From an uncultured delta proteobacterium (GTDB lineage: Bacteria; Desulfobacterota; Binatia; Binatales; Binataceae): a stretch of 64,000 nucleotides of DNA. The stretch is from positions 2,976,001 to 3,040,000 of the forward strand of contig CAWEEQ010000004.1 of NCBI GenBank assembly GCA_963808235.1, in the 5' to 3' direction. The position numbers and the translations under genes are program-made. Below the pieces are notes generated by a model that worked only from the letters and a program-made list of their open reading frames with translations, was not told the DNA's origin and ran no database searches. How positions within the stretch are numbered: the stretch's first letter is position 1; every line of letters starts with the position of its first letter. Shown piece by piece: positions 46,099 through 56,203 of the stretch.

Positions 46099-46581
46099 AT
46101 GCTTACTGGATCGATCAACCACGTCTCGATCACGGTCAGCGATCTGACCGGGGCGATGAAATTTTTCAAGCCGTTTTTGGAATTTCTCGGCTATGGCATC
46201 GGCGATGTCATTCAGGATCCGAACGGGCAGCGCCTGACTGTCAACATTCTTCCGGGACTTCGCGGCGTTGCGGTTAACATCTGGGAAGCAAAGCCCGAGT
46301 TCGCAAAGCATCGCTTCGAAGTCTACGAGGTCGGGCTCCATCACCTGGCCTTCCACGTCGAAAAACGCGAGCAGATCGATCAGGTCCATGAGCTGGTGAA
46401 AAGTCTGGGCGCGGAAATCCTCGACGGCCCCGCAGAGTTCCCATACGGCGGGCCTGACGGCTGGTACGCGGTTTATTTCCTCGGACCGGATCGAATGAAA
46501 TTCGAAGTCGTCCACATACCGGGCGCAGAGAAAGTATTTAAAGAGGTCATGAACGCGTTGGCGCGAGGCTCGTCGCGATAA
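46099..46581 (+). CDS. VOC/glyoxalase family protein
   Basis: INHVSITVSDL, GLHHLAF, YAVYF.GPD.MKFEV. Confidence 0.9.
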   Translation: MLTGSINHVSITVSDLTGAMKFFKPFLEFLGYGIGDVIQDPNGQRLTVNILPGLRGVAVNIWEAKPEFAKHRFEVYEVGLHHLAFHVEKREQIDQVHELVKSLGAEILDGPAEFPYGGPDGWYAVYFLGPDRMKFEVVHIPGAEKVFKEVMNALARGSSR

Positions 46582-46661
46582 AGTGTTCTGCTATGCTGCT
46601 GCCCGAGCGCCGAGCCTCTTGTCGGCGATCGGAGTACATCATCGGCTCGCTGGAGGAACCT

Positions 46662-47198
46662 ATGCGCGACCGCTCACGCTCACGAACCGCCATCGCACTG
46701 CGCCTGCTCGCACTTGCGCTCGCATGCGTGGTCGCCGCGTGTAATTCGCAATCGTTCCAGCAAAGCAACGGGCCTTCGATGCCGACGCCGCCGCCCGCTC
46801 CTGTGCAGGCGCCTCCGCCACCGATTAATCCGGCCGACCGTCTCGACGGAAATTGGTTTGCCACTTACCCGGGCGGTCCGCTGCGAGTCGTGATTGGGCT
46901 CGATCCGCTGCAGCGAGGCCGCAACTACGTCGCGACGCTGGTCGATGGCAATAAGGATGTCCCAGCCGGCCAGGTGATGTGGCGAGGCATCCTCGATCCA
47001 AACGTGTCAGGCCTCGTGCTCGCCGATCAGGTGTGCGCCAAGCGCGGCGATAGCGCGGAGCGAACTATCAAGGCGCGACTGCTCGTAGCTGACGTCGATC
47101 ACATGAAGGAAGAACTGGTCAACCCGAAAGATTGCGCAGGGTTCCCGGTTCATTACACACGTGCCGGCGCGTCGGACGCTCCGCAACGCAAAAACTAA
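46662..47198 (+). CDS. Putative lipoprotein, hypothetical
   Basis: Basic N-region, hydrophobic stretch, VAAC lipobox, Pro-rich linker; RBS GGAGG. Confidence 0.7.
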   Translation: MRDRSRSRTAIALRLLALALACVVAACNSQSFQQSNGPSMPTPPPAPVQAPPPPINPADRLDGNWFATYPGGPLRVVIGLDPLQRGRNYVATLVDGNKDVPAGQVMWRGILDPNVSGLVLADQVCAKRGDSAERTIKARLLVADVDHMKEELVNPKDCAGFPVHYTRAGASDAPQRKN

Positions 47199-47221
47199 GC
47201 GCATCGCGCTCGCCGCAAAAG

Positions 47222-47252
47222 AAAAGGCCGTCCCGCTAAGGACGGCCTTTTT
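47222..47252. terminator. Bidirectional rho-independent terminator
   Basis: AAAAGGCCGTCC-CGCTAA-GGACGGCCTTTTT between convergent genes. Confidence 0.85.
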
Positions 47253-47279
47253 ACGTTCGCTCGATTACTCGCGCCGTTT

Positions 47280-48473
47280 CTACACCTGCATCCCGGCCTG
47301 CACGATCACCGGCCCGTCGGTCTTTGGAATCTTCGGCTCGCGCTTGCGCTTCATCGCCTTTTCGAGGATCGGCGCGATCCGTTCCGCCTTCTGCTTCGCG
47401 CGAGTTTGTTCGCGCTCCTTGAACTCGGGCAGGATATTTTCCGCAAACAGATTGAGCGACGAGCAGATGTCCTCATGCTTGTTGTTGCCGGCCTGCGAGA
47501 TGAACACCACCTGGTCGACGCCCACCTCCTCGAACTCGCGCAGCCGCGTGCGTATCTCGTCGGGTGAGCCGACGCACGAGTTCGATCCGTCCATCCCGGG
47601 CAAACTGATCGGGTTCGTTTTGAAATTGTTCCAGATGTCCGTCTTGCCCGGCTCGTGCCGCCCGAAGCCGTAATGATGACCCAGCGCGTACGAGAAAAAC
47701 TTCAAACCCTCTTCGCCCATCTGATGCGCGCGCTCCGCGTTCTTGTCGCACATGAAGCCGGTCACGATCGCGATATTCGGATTGATTGCGTATCCGATCG
47801 GCTCGCACTCATTCTCCAGCGTCGTGTAGTAGTCGGTCACCCACTGCCGCGCCTCTTCGGGAGAGACGAACGCGAAAGTAAGCGCGCCGATTCCGAGCTT
47901 CGCCGCCAGATGAATCGTCTCGCGCCGCGAGCACGCGACCCACAAAGGCGGATGCGGCTTCTGCACCGGCTTGGGCACCACGTTGCGCACCGGCATCGAG
48001 AAGTACTTGCCCTCGTGCCCAAGGAACGGATCCTCGACGAACATCCGCGTAATCGCGCCAAGCGATTCCTGCCACATCTCGCGCTTGTCCGCACGCGGTA
48101 TGCGAAATCCGCCCAGCTCCAGCTCCGCCGACGATTCACCAGTGCCGAACTCCACTCGTCCGCCACTGACCAGGTCGAGCGTGGCGATCCGCTCCGCGAC
48201 GCGCGCGGGATGGTTGTACGCCGGCGGTAGCAGCACGATCCCGTGACCAAGCCGAATCCGCTTGGTGCGCTGACTCGCCGCGGCGAGAAAAATTTCCGGC
48301 GCCGACGAATGCGCGTACTCCTCGAGAAAATGATGCTCGACTTCCCACATGTGATCGATTCCGACCTTGTCGGCCAGTTCCACCTGGTCAAGCGCATCCT
48401 GAAAGAGCTTTAGCTCCGCGCCTTCTTTCCACGGACGTGGTAGCTGATGCTCATAAAATGTTCCGAACTTCAT
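47280..48473 (-). CDS. LLM-class flavin-dependent oxidoreductase
   Basis: W.VEHHFLEEY.HSSAPE, IRLGHG, ERIATLDLVSGGRVEFGTG. Confidence 0.92.
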   Translation of the reverse strand: MKFGTFYEHQLPRPWKEGAELKLFQDALDQVELADKVGIDHMWEVEHHFLEEYAHSSAPEIFLAAASQRTKRIRLGHGIVLLPPAYNHPARVAERIATLDLVSGGRVEFGTGESSAELELGGFRIPRADKREMWQESLGAITRMFVEDPFLGHEGKYFSMPVRNVVPKPVQKPHPPLWVACSRRETIHLAAKLGIGALTFAFVSPEEARQWVTDYYTTLENECEPIGYAINPNIAIVTGFMCDKNAERAHQMGEEGLKFFSYALGHHYGFGRHEPGKTDIWNNFKTNPISLPGMDGSNSCVGSPDEIRTRLREFEEVGVDQVVFISQAGNNKHEDICSSLNLFAENILPEFKEREQTRAKQKAERIAPILEKAMKRKREPKIPKTDGPVIVQAGMQV

Positions 48474-48551
48474 AGCCGCGTCTTCTCCTTTGACTTATTC
48501 ACAATCGATCTCGCTCCGCGTCGATCGCAGTTGCGAGTCTACTTCGCCGCG

Positions 48552-49235
48552 TCACCGCTCGGCGGCGCTCGTGAACAGCGTGCGTTCGACCATATCGATC
48601 ACTTCGCGCTTGCGCCGTTCGATCATCGCTGGTTCGAGCAGGTTCATACTCCACAGCCGCCGGATCATCGCGGCGGTCGTGAAATAGCCAATCGTTATCG
48701 AGTTCAGGCTCCACATAAAATGAAGCGGATCGACTTCGGAACGAAACTCGCCGTCGCGCTGTCCGCGGAAAATAAAATTCACCGCGGTGGAAAACAGCGG
48801 CGGCAGGCGTCGCTTCAGCACCTGGCGCCCCACCCCGCTTTCGTCGGCCATCTCCTTCCACATGATGCGCACGAAATCCGGATGCCCCGCGATAAAATCG
48901 AGCGCGTCGCCAACCGCCCGGCGCATCCGCTCCTGCCGGCTCCCGCGTCCCCACGCGATCGCGTTGGCCGCGTCTTCGAGACTCTCGAACATCTTGTCCA
49001 GCACCGCGAGATAGAGCTGCTGCTTGGAGGGAAAATGATGCAACAGCGAGGGCGCCTTGATTCCGATTCGCTTCGCGATGTCGCGCAGACTCGTCCCGCG
49101 ATAACCGCGCTCCGCAAACAGCGCCTGCGCCACCTGCAGCACTCGCTCGCGAGTGTCCGGCTGCCTGCGGATATCGACGACTTTGCCACTCGCCCGCGAC
49201 GGGATATTTTTCGAAACGCTCCGCACGAAATTCAA
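48552..49235 (-). CDS. TetR/AcrR family regulator
   Basis: LFAERGYRGTSLRDIAKRIGIKAPSLLHHFPSKQQL HTH. Confidence 0.92.
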   Translation of the reverse strand: MNFVRSVSKNIPSRASGKVVDIRRQPDTRERVLQVAQALFAERGYRGTSLRDIAKRIGIKAPSLLHHFPSKQQLYLAVLDKMFESLEDAANAIAWGRGSRQERMRRAVGDALDFIAGHPDFVRIMWKEMADESGVGRQVLKRRLPPLFSTAVNFIFRGQRDGEFRSEVDPLHFMWSLNSITIGYFTTAAMIRRLWSMNLLEPAMIERRKREVIDMVERTLFTSAAER

Positions 49236-49241
49236 ACCTAT

Positions 49242-49255
49242 CTAACGTCTGTTAG
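49242..49255. promoter_or_regulatory. Putative TetR operator palindrome
   Basis: CTAAC-GTCT-GTTAG immediately upstream of the tetR start. Confidence 0.5.
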
Positions 49256-49290
49256 GCAGTCAATTGCGCCCCTACCCTTTCCCTCTTTTC

Positions 49291-49466
49291 GTCATCCTGA
49301 GCGGAAGCTGCTGGAGTCGAAGGATCTCCGCGAAGCGATGCTCTTTTTTTGATGTCATTCTGAGCGCAGCGAAGAAACCCGGATCTTTCTCCGCGCAAAA
49401 AAATTCGACTTCACTTTGGGTATGCGAAGCCGAACGCCGAAGAGGTGAGGGGTTAGAGCTTAGGTT
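49291..49466 (+). repeat. Composite REP-like element (two family A copies plus a B-like tail)
   Basis: GTCATCCTGAGCG..GAAGGATCT, TGTCATTCTGAGCGCAGCGAAGAAACCCGGATCTTTCT, ..GCGAAGCCGAAC..GGGGTTAG. Confidence 0.8.
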
Positions 49467-49515
49467 GGCCCGCCCGCCACTATCGTAGTAAGTATCGTCC
49501 CACGAGGAACCACCG

Positions 49516-50925
49516 ATGTCCGAACTTTACTGGAAACCAGCCCACGAACTCGCCGCGATGATTCGCAAGCGCGACATCAAGGCAAGCGAGTTGATGGACG
49601 TTACGATCCGGCGAATCGAGCAGACCAACTCCAAGCTCAACGCGTTCTGCGCACTCCGCGCCGACGACGCGCTCGCCGACGCCCGCGCGCTCGATGAGAG
49701 AATCGCCCGCCGCGAGGAAGTCGGCCCGCTCGCCGGCCTCCCGCTCGGTGTCAAAGACCTCGAGGATGCCGCCGGTCTCGTGACCACCTTCGGATGCAAA
49801 CCCTTCAAGAACAACCTCGCCAAGTCCGACTCGATCCAGGTCGAGCGCCTCAAAGCCGCCGGCGCAATCGTGATCGGCAAAACCAACGCGCCCGAGTGGG
49901 GTTACACCGCACACACCAAAAATCTGCTCTTCGGCGTCACTCGTAATCCGTGGAATCTCGAGCGCACGCCCGGCGGCTCGTCGGGTGGCAGCTCGGCTGC
50001 GATCTCCGGCGGCGTGGTTCCGATCGCCACCGGTTCCGACGGCGGCGGCTCGGTGCGAATCCCCGCCTGTTTCACCGGATGCTACGGTCTCAAAACTTCG
50101 TACGGGCGCATCCCGCACAACATGGCGCTCGGGATGCAACAATGGAACGACACTTCCGTGCACGGACCCCTCACCCGCACCGTGCGCGATGCCGCCATCT
50201 TCATGGATGCCGTCGTCGGCTACCATCCGCACGATCAGGACTCGCTGCCGCATCCCGGAATTTCCTACGCCGCGATCCTCGATCGCCTTCCCAAAAAACT
50301 TCGCATCGCTTTTCATCCCGACTTCGGCCAGCTGGTGCAGCGCGACGTGGCGCGCGAAATCGCGAAAGCCGCCGCGGTCTTCAAGGACCTCGGCCACGGC
50401 GTCACCACTATAGACGATCCGGTGCCCGACACCGGCCGCGCATGGATGCAGGTAGGCGCGACCCAGGGCTACGCTTCGCTGCATGAGTACTTCGACAAGT
50501 ATCACGACGATTTCGGGCGCGCATTTATCGCCGGCACTGAGGGCGCGACTCGAGTCACCTGGAAACATTACGGCGCCGCGTATCGCCGCCGCCACGAGTT
50601 CAACCAATGGTGCCAGCGCGTGTTCGAGCGCTTCGATTTGCTCCTATGCCCCGTGCTCCCGATCGAAGCATTCCCCGCCAAGGGCCCGATGCCGACCGAG
50701 ATCAACGGTGAGCCGCTCAAGGACGCACTAGGAGCCGTCGTGTTCACCTATCCCTTCAACCTAAGCGGTCATCCGGGCGCATCAGTACGCGCGGGACTCA
50801 CCGACGCAGGCCTCCCCTGCGGCTTGCAGATCGTCGCCGAGCGTCATCGCGACGACCTGGTCCTGCAAGCCTCCTACGCCTACGAACAAGCCCGCCCCTG
50901 GAACAACAAATGGCCCGAAATTTAG
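49516..50925 (+). CDS. Amidase signature family enzyme
   Basis: GVKDL, GKTN.PE, PGGSSGGS, GSDGGGSVRIPA (Lys-cisSer-Ser triad). Confidence 0.94.
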   Translation: MSELYWKPAHELAAMIRKRDIKASELMDVTIRRIEQTNSKLNAFCALRADDALADARALDERIARREEVGPLAGLPLGVKDLEDAAGLVTTFGCKPFKNNLAKSDSIQVERLKAAGAIVIGKTNAPEWGYTAHTKNLLFGVTRNPWNLERTPGGSSGGSSAAISGGVVPIATGSDGGGSVRIPACFTGCYGLKTSYGRIPHNMALGMQQWNDTSVHGPLTRTVRDAAIFMDAVVGYHPHDQDSLPHPGISYAAILDRLPKKLRIAFHPDFGQLVQRDVAREIAKAAAVFKDLGHGVTTIDDPVPDTGRAWMQVGATQGYASLHEYFDKYHDDFGRAFIAGTEGATRVTWKHYGAAYRRRHEFNQWCQRVFERFDLLLCPVLPIEAFPAKGPMPTEINGEPLKDALGAVVFTYPFNLSGHPGASVRAGLTDAGLPCGLQIVAERHRDDLVLQASYAYEQARPWNNKWPEI

Positions 50926-50937
50926 ATTCTCTATTTT

Positions 50938-51069
50938 TGTGTCATTCTGAGCGGAGCGAAGAATCCCGAATCTTTCTCGGCGCAAAACACGGCTACTTCG
51001 CTGAAGGCACGCGAAGCCGAACAATTGATTTTGTCCCCCTTCCCACTATGGGAAGGGGTTAGGGGTTAG
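50938..51069 (+). repeat. Composite REP-like element (family A plus family B)
   Basis: Collinear with 49353-49466: A core, GCGCAAAA, ACTTC, GCGAAGCCGAAC, GGGGTTAG. Confidence 0.8.
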
Positions 51070-51111
51070 CCGGTATCAATCACCACTTACGAAAACAGAA
51101 AGGAGATCACC

Positions 51112-51547
51112 ATGCCCGAGTTCAACGAAAAAGCAATGCAGCGAATTCAACCAGAGACTGATCGTCGAGTTCCGCGCCAACGGCGGCAAGGTCCTTAGCG
51201 GCCCATTCGTAAACGCGCCCCTGCTCTTACTCACCACCACCGGCGCAAAGAGCGGCCGTCCCTTCACCACTCCGCTCGTCTATACCAATGACGGCAATCG
51301 AATCGTAATCATCGCCTCGAAGGGCGGCTTCCCGACCCATCCCGCCTGGTACCACAACCTTAAGGCTCACCCAACGACGACGCTCGAAGTAGGCAAAGAA
51401 AAATTCCAGGCCAAAGCTACTATCACCAAGGATCCCGAACGCCAACGCCTCTTCGACGCCCAGGCCAAAGTGATGCCCAACTTCAACGAATATCAGAAGG
51501 CCACCACGCGTCAGATCCCGGTGATAACTCTGGAACGAATCTCCTAA
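51112..51547 (+). CDS. Deazaflavin (F420H2)-dependent nitroreductase Ddn family, +1 frameshift near 51142; absent from the ORF track
   Basis: Manual translation EFRANGGKV..PLLLLTTTGAKSG..TPL..IIASKGG..HPAWYHNLKAHP..YQ..T.RQIPV; RBS AAGGAG. Confidence 0.88.
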
Positions 51548-51607
51548 CCTCTCCTTTGTCCGAGGAGAGGTCGGCGCTAGCCAAAGGTAGCGCCGGGTGA
51601 GGTGCAA
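51548..51607 (+). repeat. Family B-type element; inverted homologue at 60764-60830
   Basis: CCTCTCCTTTGTCCGAGGAGAGGTC..CGGGTGAGGTGCAA closely matches the reverse complement of TTGCACCTCACCCG..GACCTCTCCTCGGACAAGGAGAGG. Confidence 0.75.
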
Positions 51608-51699
51608 TGCCGGGCAACGCACCATGTCAACTCGTCTAGAAGCAGTAGATAGAGGGTCCGTCGTCAGAGGAGTCATAACGAATGCCCGATAGGAGCACG

Positions 51700-52062
51700 A
51701 TGCCCGATACGATCGATCCCACGATCATAAGTTGCTACCACGCGCACATCTACTACGACGATTCCTCGCGAGAGACCGCCGCGCGTCTGCGCGAAGCCAT
51801 CGAGCGCAACTTCAAAGTCGAGATGGGCCGATGGCGCGACGAGCCAGTAGGCCCCCATCCGCAGTCGATGTACCAGGTGAAATTTAATCCGAGCGAATTC
51901 GCCAAAATTGTACCGTGGCTGATGCTGAATCGCACCGGCCTCAACATCCTCGTCCATCCCGAAACCACCGACGCCTACACCGACCATGCAATAAACGCAC
52001 TATGGTTAGGCGAAAAACTGAAGTTACGCCTCGACATCCTCCGCGGTCTGAAGAGCAGTTAG
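51700..52062 (+). CDS. DOPA 4,5-dioxygenase family protein
   Basis: YHAHIYY, PVGPHP..MYQ, WLMLNR.GL.ILVHP.T..DH...ALWLG. Confidence 0.9.
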   Translation: MPDTIDPTIISCYHAHIYYDDSSRETAARLREAIERNFKVEMGRWRDEPVGPHPQSMYQVKFNPSEFAKIVPWLMLNRTGLNILVHPETTDAYTDHAINALWLGEKLKLRLDILRGLKSS

Positions 52063-52072
52063 AGCAGCAGTT

Positions 52073-53139
52073 ATGGCTACCACACCTTACACCAATCTCG
52101 CGCTAGCTAGCGCACTCGATCGCGGCGACACCCTCCCCGCCAATGGTATGTCGATTCCGAGATCTTCCGCGCCGAGAAGGAGCGCATCCTACATCGCTCA
52201 TGGCAATACGTGGGACACACCGGACAAGTAGCTAGCTCCGGCGATTTCTTCACGACCAGCCTGGGTGACAGCCCAATCGTGATCACCCGAAACAACGACG
52301 GCGCCCTTCGCGCATTCGCCAACGTATGCCGTCATCGCGGTAGCGAGGTCGTCCTCGAATGCTCGGGCAATCGCCAAACTCTCCAATGCCACTACCACGG
52401 ATGGACTTACAACCTTGAGGGTTCGTTGCGCACCGCGCCGCGCGAGAATGAGCAGAGCACTTTCGACAAGCAAGCGCTCTCACTCTTGCCGCTCGCGCTC
52501 GAGACCTGGGGACCGCTGATCTTCGTTAACCCTGCCCCCGACGCGAGTCCGTTGAGCACCATCATCGGCGAACTTCCGCAAATCTTCGCCGACGCTGGCG
52601 TCGATCTCGCCCAACTACGGATGCTTCGCCGCGACACTTACGAATTCGCCGCTAACTGGAAAATCGTCGTCGAGAATTTCAACGAATGCTATCACTGTCC
52701 GATCGCCCATCCGAAATTTTCCGAGGTGATCGACACCGAAAGCTATCGCGTCAATACCGATCACGAATACTTCTCGACCTACTACGGCCCCTCTATGCGT
52801 TCGCCTAAGCCGGGCGTCACTTACGCAACTCTGTGGCCCACCGCGATGTTCTCACTCTCGACGAATCCCGCGAGCATGCAGGTGATCTGCGCCATCCCAA
52901 TCGACGCGGAACACACCCGCCAGACCGTCGATTATTTTTTCGCCGAGAATCTAACCGACGAACAAATGCGCGCGAGCGTCGAATTCAGTGACCTCGTGAC
53001 GCGGGAAGACATCGTGCTCTGCGAATCCGTGCAGCGCGGACTCCGCTCCGGCGCGATCAAACACGGCCAGCTGATGCTCTCGCGCGAGCGCGGTATCCAG
53101 CACTTCCAGAAACTCGTCTACCGATTCCTGAGCGCCTAG
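52073..53139 (+). CDS. Rieske non-heme iron oxygenase alpha subunit (choline monooxygenase-like), -1 frameshift near 52140
   Basis: NVCRHRG, CHYHGW, NWK...ENFNECYHC..AH, ED..LCE.VQ.G; N-terminus TLPA/QWY split across frames. Confidence 0.9.
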
Positions 53140-53150
53140 ACTCCTCCGCG

Positions 53151-54326
53151 ATGCCGCTCACTCTCGACGACCTCCGCCGCTACGCTGTCGCCAATAGCCT
53201 CTTCAGTCCGACCACCCTCAAACGCGCCCTCCACAAGCTCGGCTTCGTGCAGGCCGATCCGATTCGCGCGCCGGCCCGCGCCCAGGACCTGATCCTGCGT
53301 CATCGCGTCCGCAACTATCGCGCCGGCGATCTCGAACGCCGCTACTCGAAGCTCGGCCTCGAGGAAGACTTCTTCATCAACTATGGCTTCGTGACGAGCT
53401 CCGTCCATGCGCTGATGCATCCGCGGCTCGCTGCGCTGCCCAGGCCCGGTGAGCAATACTCAAATCCATGGCGCTCGGCGCGTTGGCCGGCTGAAAAAAG
53501 AAAGCGCGCGGCGCAACTGCTCGAGTTCATACGCGCGCGCGGCTCAGTGCATCCGCGCGAGGTCGATCTGCATTTCGCGCACGGCTCAGTGCGCAACTAC
53601 TGGGGCGGCTCGTCCAACGCCACCACGCACCTGCTCGACAGCATGCACTACTGCGGGATTCTCCGCGTCGTCCGCCGCGCCGAAGGCATCCGCATCTACG
53701 CGGCACATCAGCATGGGCCCGCACCCGTCGACGACGTCGCACGCCGCGCACGAATCGACGCGCTGCTCGACGTTGCGATCCGCATCTACGCCCCGTTGCC
53801 CGACGCGGGCCTGAGGATCCTTGTGCGCCGGCTTCGTTATGGCGTGCCGCAATGGTACGACGAATTGAAGGGCTGTTTGAGCCGCGCGAAACAGCGCCTG
53901 TCGCACACCCGCATCGACAATGTCGAATGGTACTGGCCGGGAGGCGACAATCCTGCCCGCAGCGCGCCCGACGGTTCCGTCCGCCTGCTCACGCCCTTCG
54001 ATCCCATTGTGTGGGACCGCGACCGCTTCGAGCTCTTATGGGGATGGACCTACCGTTTCGAGGCCTACACGCCAGTGGCTAAGCGCATCCGCGGCTACTA
54101 CGCGCTGCCGATACTCTGGCGCGACCGCGTGATCGGATGGGCCAACGTGTCAGTCAAGAACGGCGAGCTCGAATCTGATTTCGGCTACGTCAAATCGCCG
54201 CCGCGCGATCGCGCCTTCAAGCGCGAACTCGCCGCCGAGCTGGATCGCATGCGCGCCTTCCTGGGCCTCGACACCTGCCCTACGCGCCGAACTGCTTCGA
54301 CACCGCCGCGAACGCATCCTGCGTGA
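53151..54326 (+). CDS. YcaQ/AlkZ-like (HTH_42) crosslink-repair DNA glycosylase
   Basis: FVQADP...ARAQDLIL..R, LLTPFDP..WDR, YRFEAYTP..KR..GYYALP. Confidence 0.88.
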   Translation: MPLTLDDLRRYAVANSLFSPTTLKRALHKLGFVQADPIRAPARAQDLILRHRVRNYRAGDLERRYSKLGLEEDFFINYGFVTSSVHALMHPRLAALPRPGEQYSNPWRSARWPAEKRKRAAQLLEFIRARGSVHPREVDLHFAHGSVRNYWGGSSNATTHLLDSMHYCGILRVVRRAEGIRIYAAHQHGPAPVDDVARRARIDALLDVAIRIYAPLPDAGLRILVRRLRYGVPQWYDELKGCLSRAKQRLSHTRIDNVEWYWPGGDNPARSAPDGSVRLLTPFDPIVWDRDRFELLWGWTYRFEAYTPVAKRIRGYYALPILWRDRVIGWANVSVKNGELESDFGYVKSPPRDRAFKRELAAELDRMRAFLGLDTCPTRRTASTPPRTHPA

Positions 54327-55521
54327 CGTTCAGCGTCTGCTCGATATCGCGCTCGGTGTGCGCCGCCGAGATAAACCAGTTGTGCCGCGGATGGAAGTAC
54401 ACGCCCGCGCGCGCACACGCCCCGCAAAATACTCGGGCCCGATCGAAGTGGCCGGCATCCTGTTTGAAACTCATGTACGGCAGCGCCGGAGGCCCCGAGT
54501 AAGTCACCTCGAATCCCGCGCTATGCGCCTGCGCGAGCAGACCGGTCCGCAGCTTCTCTCCCATCGCGCGCATCCGCTCGATTCCGCCGCCTGCGGCCAG
54601 CTCCTTGATATTCGCGAGACTCGCCGCCATCGGCACCGCGCTGGTGAAGTACGAACCGGTGAAGAACACTTCCTGCGCCGCCTGCCGCAAACTGTCGCGC
54701 CCCATGCACGCCGACAGCGGATATCCGTTCGCGATCGCCTTGCAGTAGGTCGATAGATCCGGACGCACTCCGAACAGCTCGCCCGACCCGCCCATATGCA
54801 GACGAAAACCGGCGCGAACATCGTCGAGGATGAACACGATCCCGTTGTCGTCGCAGATTTTTCTGACCCCCGCGAAAAATCCTTCTACTGGCAGCTCGGA
54901 GTCGTGTCCCGCGTCGTGCTTGAACGGCGAGAGAATCACACCCGCGACCTTGCCCCGATTCTGCTCGATCGCATGCCGCAGGCTCTCGAGATCGTTGAAG
55001 TGAAAGTAAACGATATTCGCGCGATCCTCAGGCGTCGTCCCGCCGGGTAGCGGAGTGCACCACGCATGCGCGCCATGATACGCGCCCTGGCACATCGCGA
55101 TCTTCGGACGCCCCGTCGCCTGCCGCGCGACCTCCGTCGCCCACGTGCATACGTCGGAGCCGTTCTTCGCGAACACCGCCCAATCCGCAAACGGCGTTAT
55201 CGATACCAGCTGCTCCGCGAGCTCCACCCACAGCGGCCCCGGCGCGTTGAAGCAGTTGCCGAGCTCCGCCTGTCCGCGCGCCGCCTCTTCGACCTTGGGA
55301 TGCCGATGCCCGAGCACGATCGGCCCGTACGAGCACATGTAATCGATATACTCGTTGCCATCGACGTCCCAGATGTGCGAGCCCTCGCCGCGCGCGAAAA
55401 ACGAAGGGTATGCACCTCGCGTCAGGAGCAGTGGCGTCTGATGCCCATAGATTCCGCCCGGAATAACTTTCTTGGCGCGATTCATCAGCGCTTCGCTCTG
55501 TTCAAATGTGTAAGGTTTCAC
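54280..55521 (-). CDS. Class-III PLP aminotransferase (glutamate-1-semialdehyde aminomutase-like)
   Basis: WDVDGNEYID..SYGPIVLGH, KNGSD, YHG, DDVRAGFR, KAIANGYP; GTG at 55521 with RBS GGAG. Confidence 0.9.
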   Translation of the reverse strand: MKPYTFEQSEALMNRAKKVIPGGIYGHQTPLLLTRGAYPSFFARGEGSHIWDVDGNEYIDYMCSYGPIVLGHRHPKVEEAARGQAELGNCFNAPGPLWVELAEQLVSITPFADWAVFAKNGSDVCTWATEVARQATGRPKIAMCQGAYHGAHAWCTPLPGGTTPEDRANIVYFHFNDLESLRHAIEQNRGKVAGVILSPFKHDAGHDSELPVEGFFAGVRKICDDNGIVFILDDVRAGFRLHMGGSGELFGVRPDLSTYCKAIANGYPLSACMGRDSLRQAAQEVFFTGSYFTSAVPMAASLANIKELAAGGGIERMRAMGEKLRTGLLAQAHSAGFEVTYSGPPALPYMSFKQDAGHFDRARVFCGACARAGVYFHPRHNWFISAAHTERDIEQTLNVTQDAFAAVSKQFGA

Positions 55522-55732
55522 GGCAACTCCCTCGCCCGAACGCAATCGAGGATGCGTCAGGCAAACGCCAGTCTATATCGATGTCAGTGACCGAGAATCC
55601 TATTTTGCGGGGACGAGCGTCAAGCAGGGCAAGTTGGAGACAGATACAAGCGGAGACTATCTGAAAGGTTACGCGCCGGACCCAAGAACTCGAGCCCACA
55701 CCACCTCCCAACTCACTTGGGTCCGGCGCGTT

Positions 55733-56203
55733 TTAGTGACGATAGGAAGTATCGATCGGGCGCTGCGAAACCGGCAGCGCGCCCACCCGCACCAACTCGT
55801 CGCGCAATTTCGCCCGCGACAGCGGCTTGCATAACACCGCCGACGCACCAAGCTCGTAGCTCTCCGCGATATCGCGATCGTAGAGCGAGCTCGTAATCAC
55901 AAACATCGGCACCGACACCAGCGCCTCGTTGGCGCGCGCCGCCTGCAGTACCGAGAATCCACCGTTGTCGGGCAATCGCAAATCTACCAGGAAAAGATCA
56001 GGCCGATCATGCTCGGTAAACTGCGTGATCATCAGCAACGCCTCGTCGGCATTCTGCGCATGCACCAATTCAATCTCGTCGCCGAGCACTTGCTTCACGA
56101 CCGTCAACGCGATGAAGACGTGGTCGGGATTATCCTCGACCAGAAAAATTCTGACCGCTTGGATCATCTGAGTCGGCTCTTTCTGTTCGCTTTCGTCCTT
56201 CAT
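55733..56203 (-). CDS. Single-domain response regulator (Rcp1/CheY-like)
   Basis: LVEDN, LVDLRLP (phospho-Asp), ITSS, GAS..CKP. Confidence 0.9.
   Translation of the reverse strand: MKDESEQKEPTQMIQAVRIFLVEDNPDHVFIALTVVKQVLGDEIELVHAQNADEALLMITQFTEHDRPDLFLVDLRLPDNGGFSVLQAARANEALVSVPMFVITSSLYDRDIAESYELGASAVLCKPLSRAKLRDELVRVGALPVSQRPIDTSYRH

Noticed and set aside
49240-51700. Integron/attC array (TAAC..GTTAG words between single co-oriented genes)
   Set aside because: No properly spaced RYYYAAC..GTTRRRY pair enclosing a palindrome and no integrase; the repeats match intergenic REP-like families found elsewhere in the window.
54280-54326. 47-bp convergent overlap of ycaQ-like and aminotransferase genes
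   Set aside because: A low-complexity tail extension, common in GC-rich genomes.
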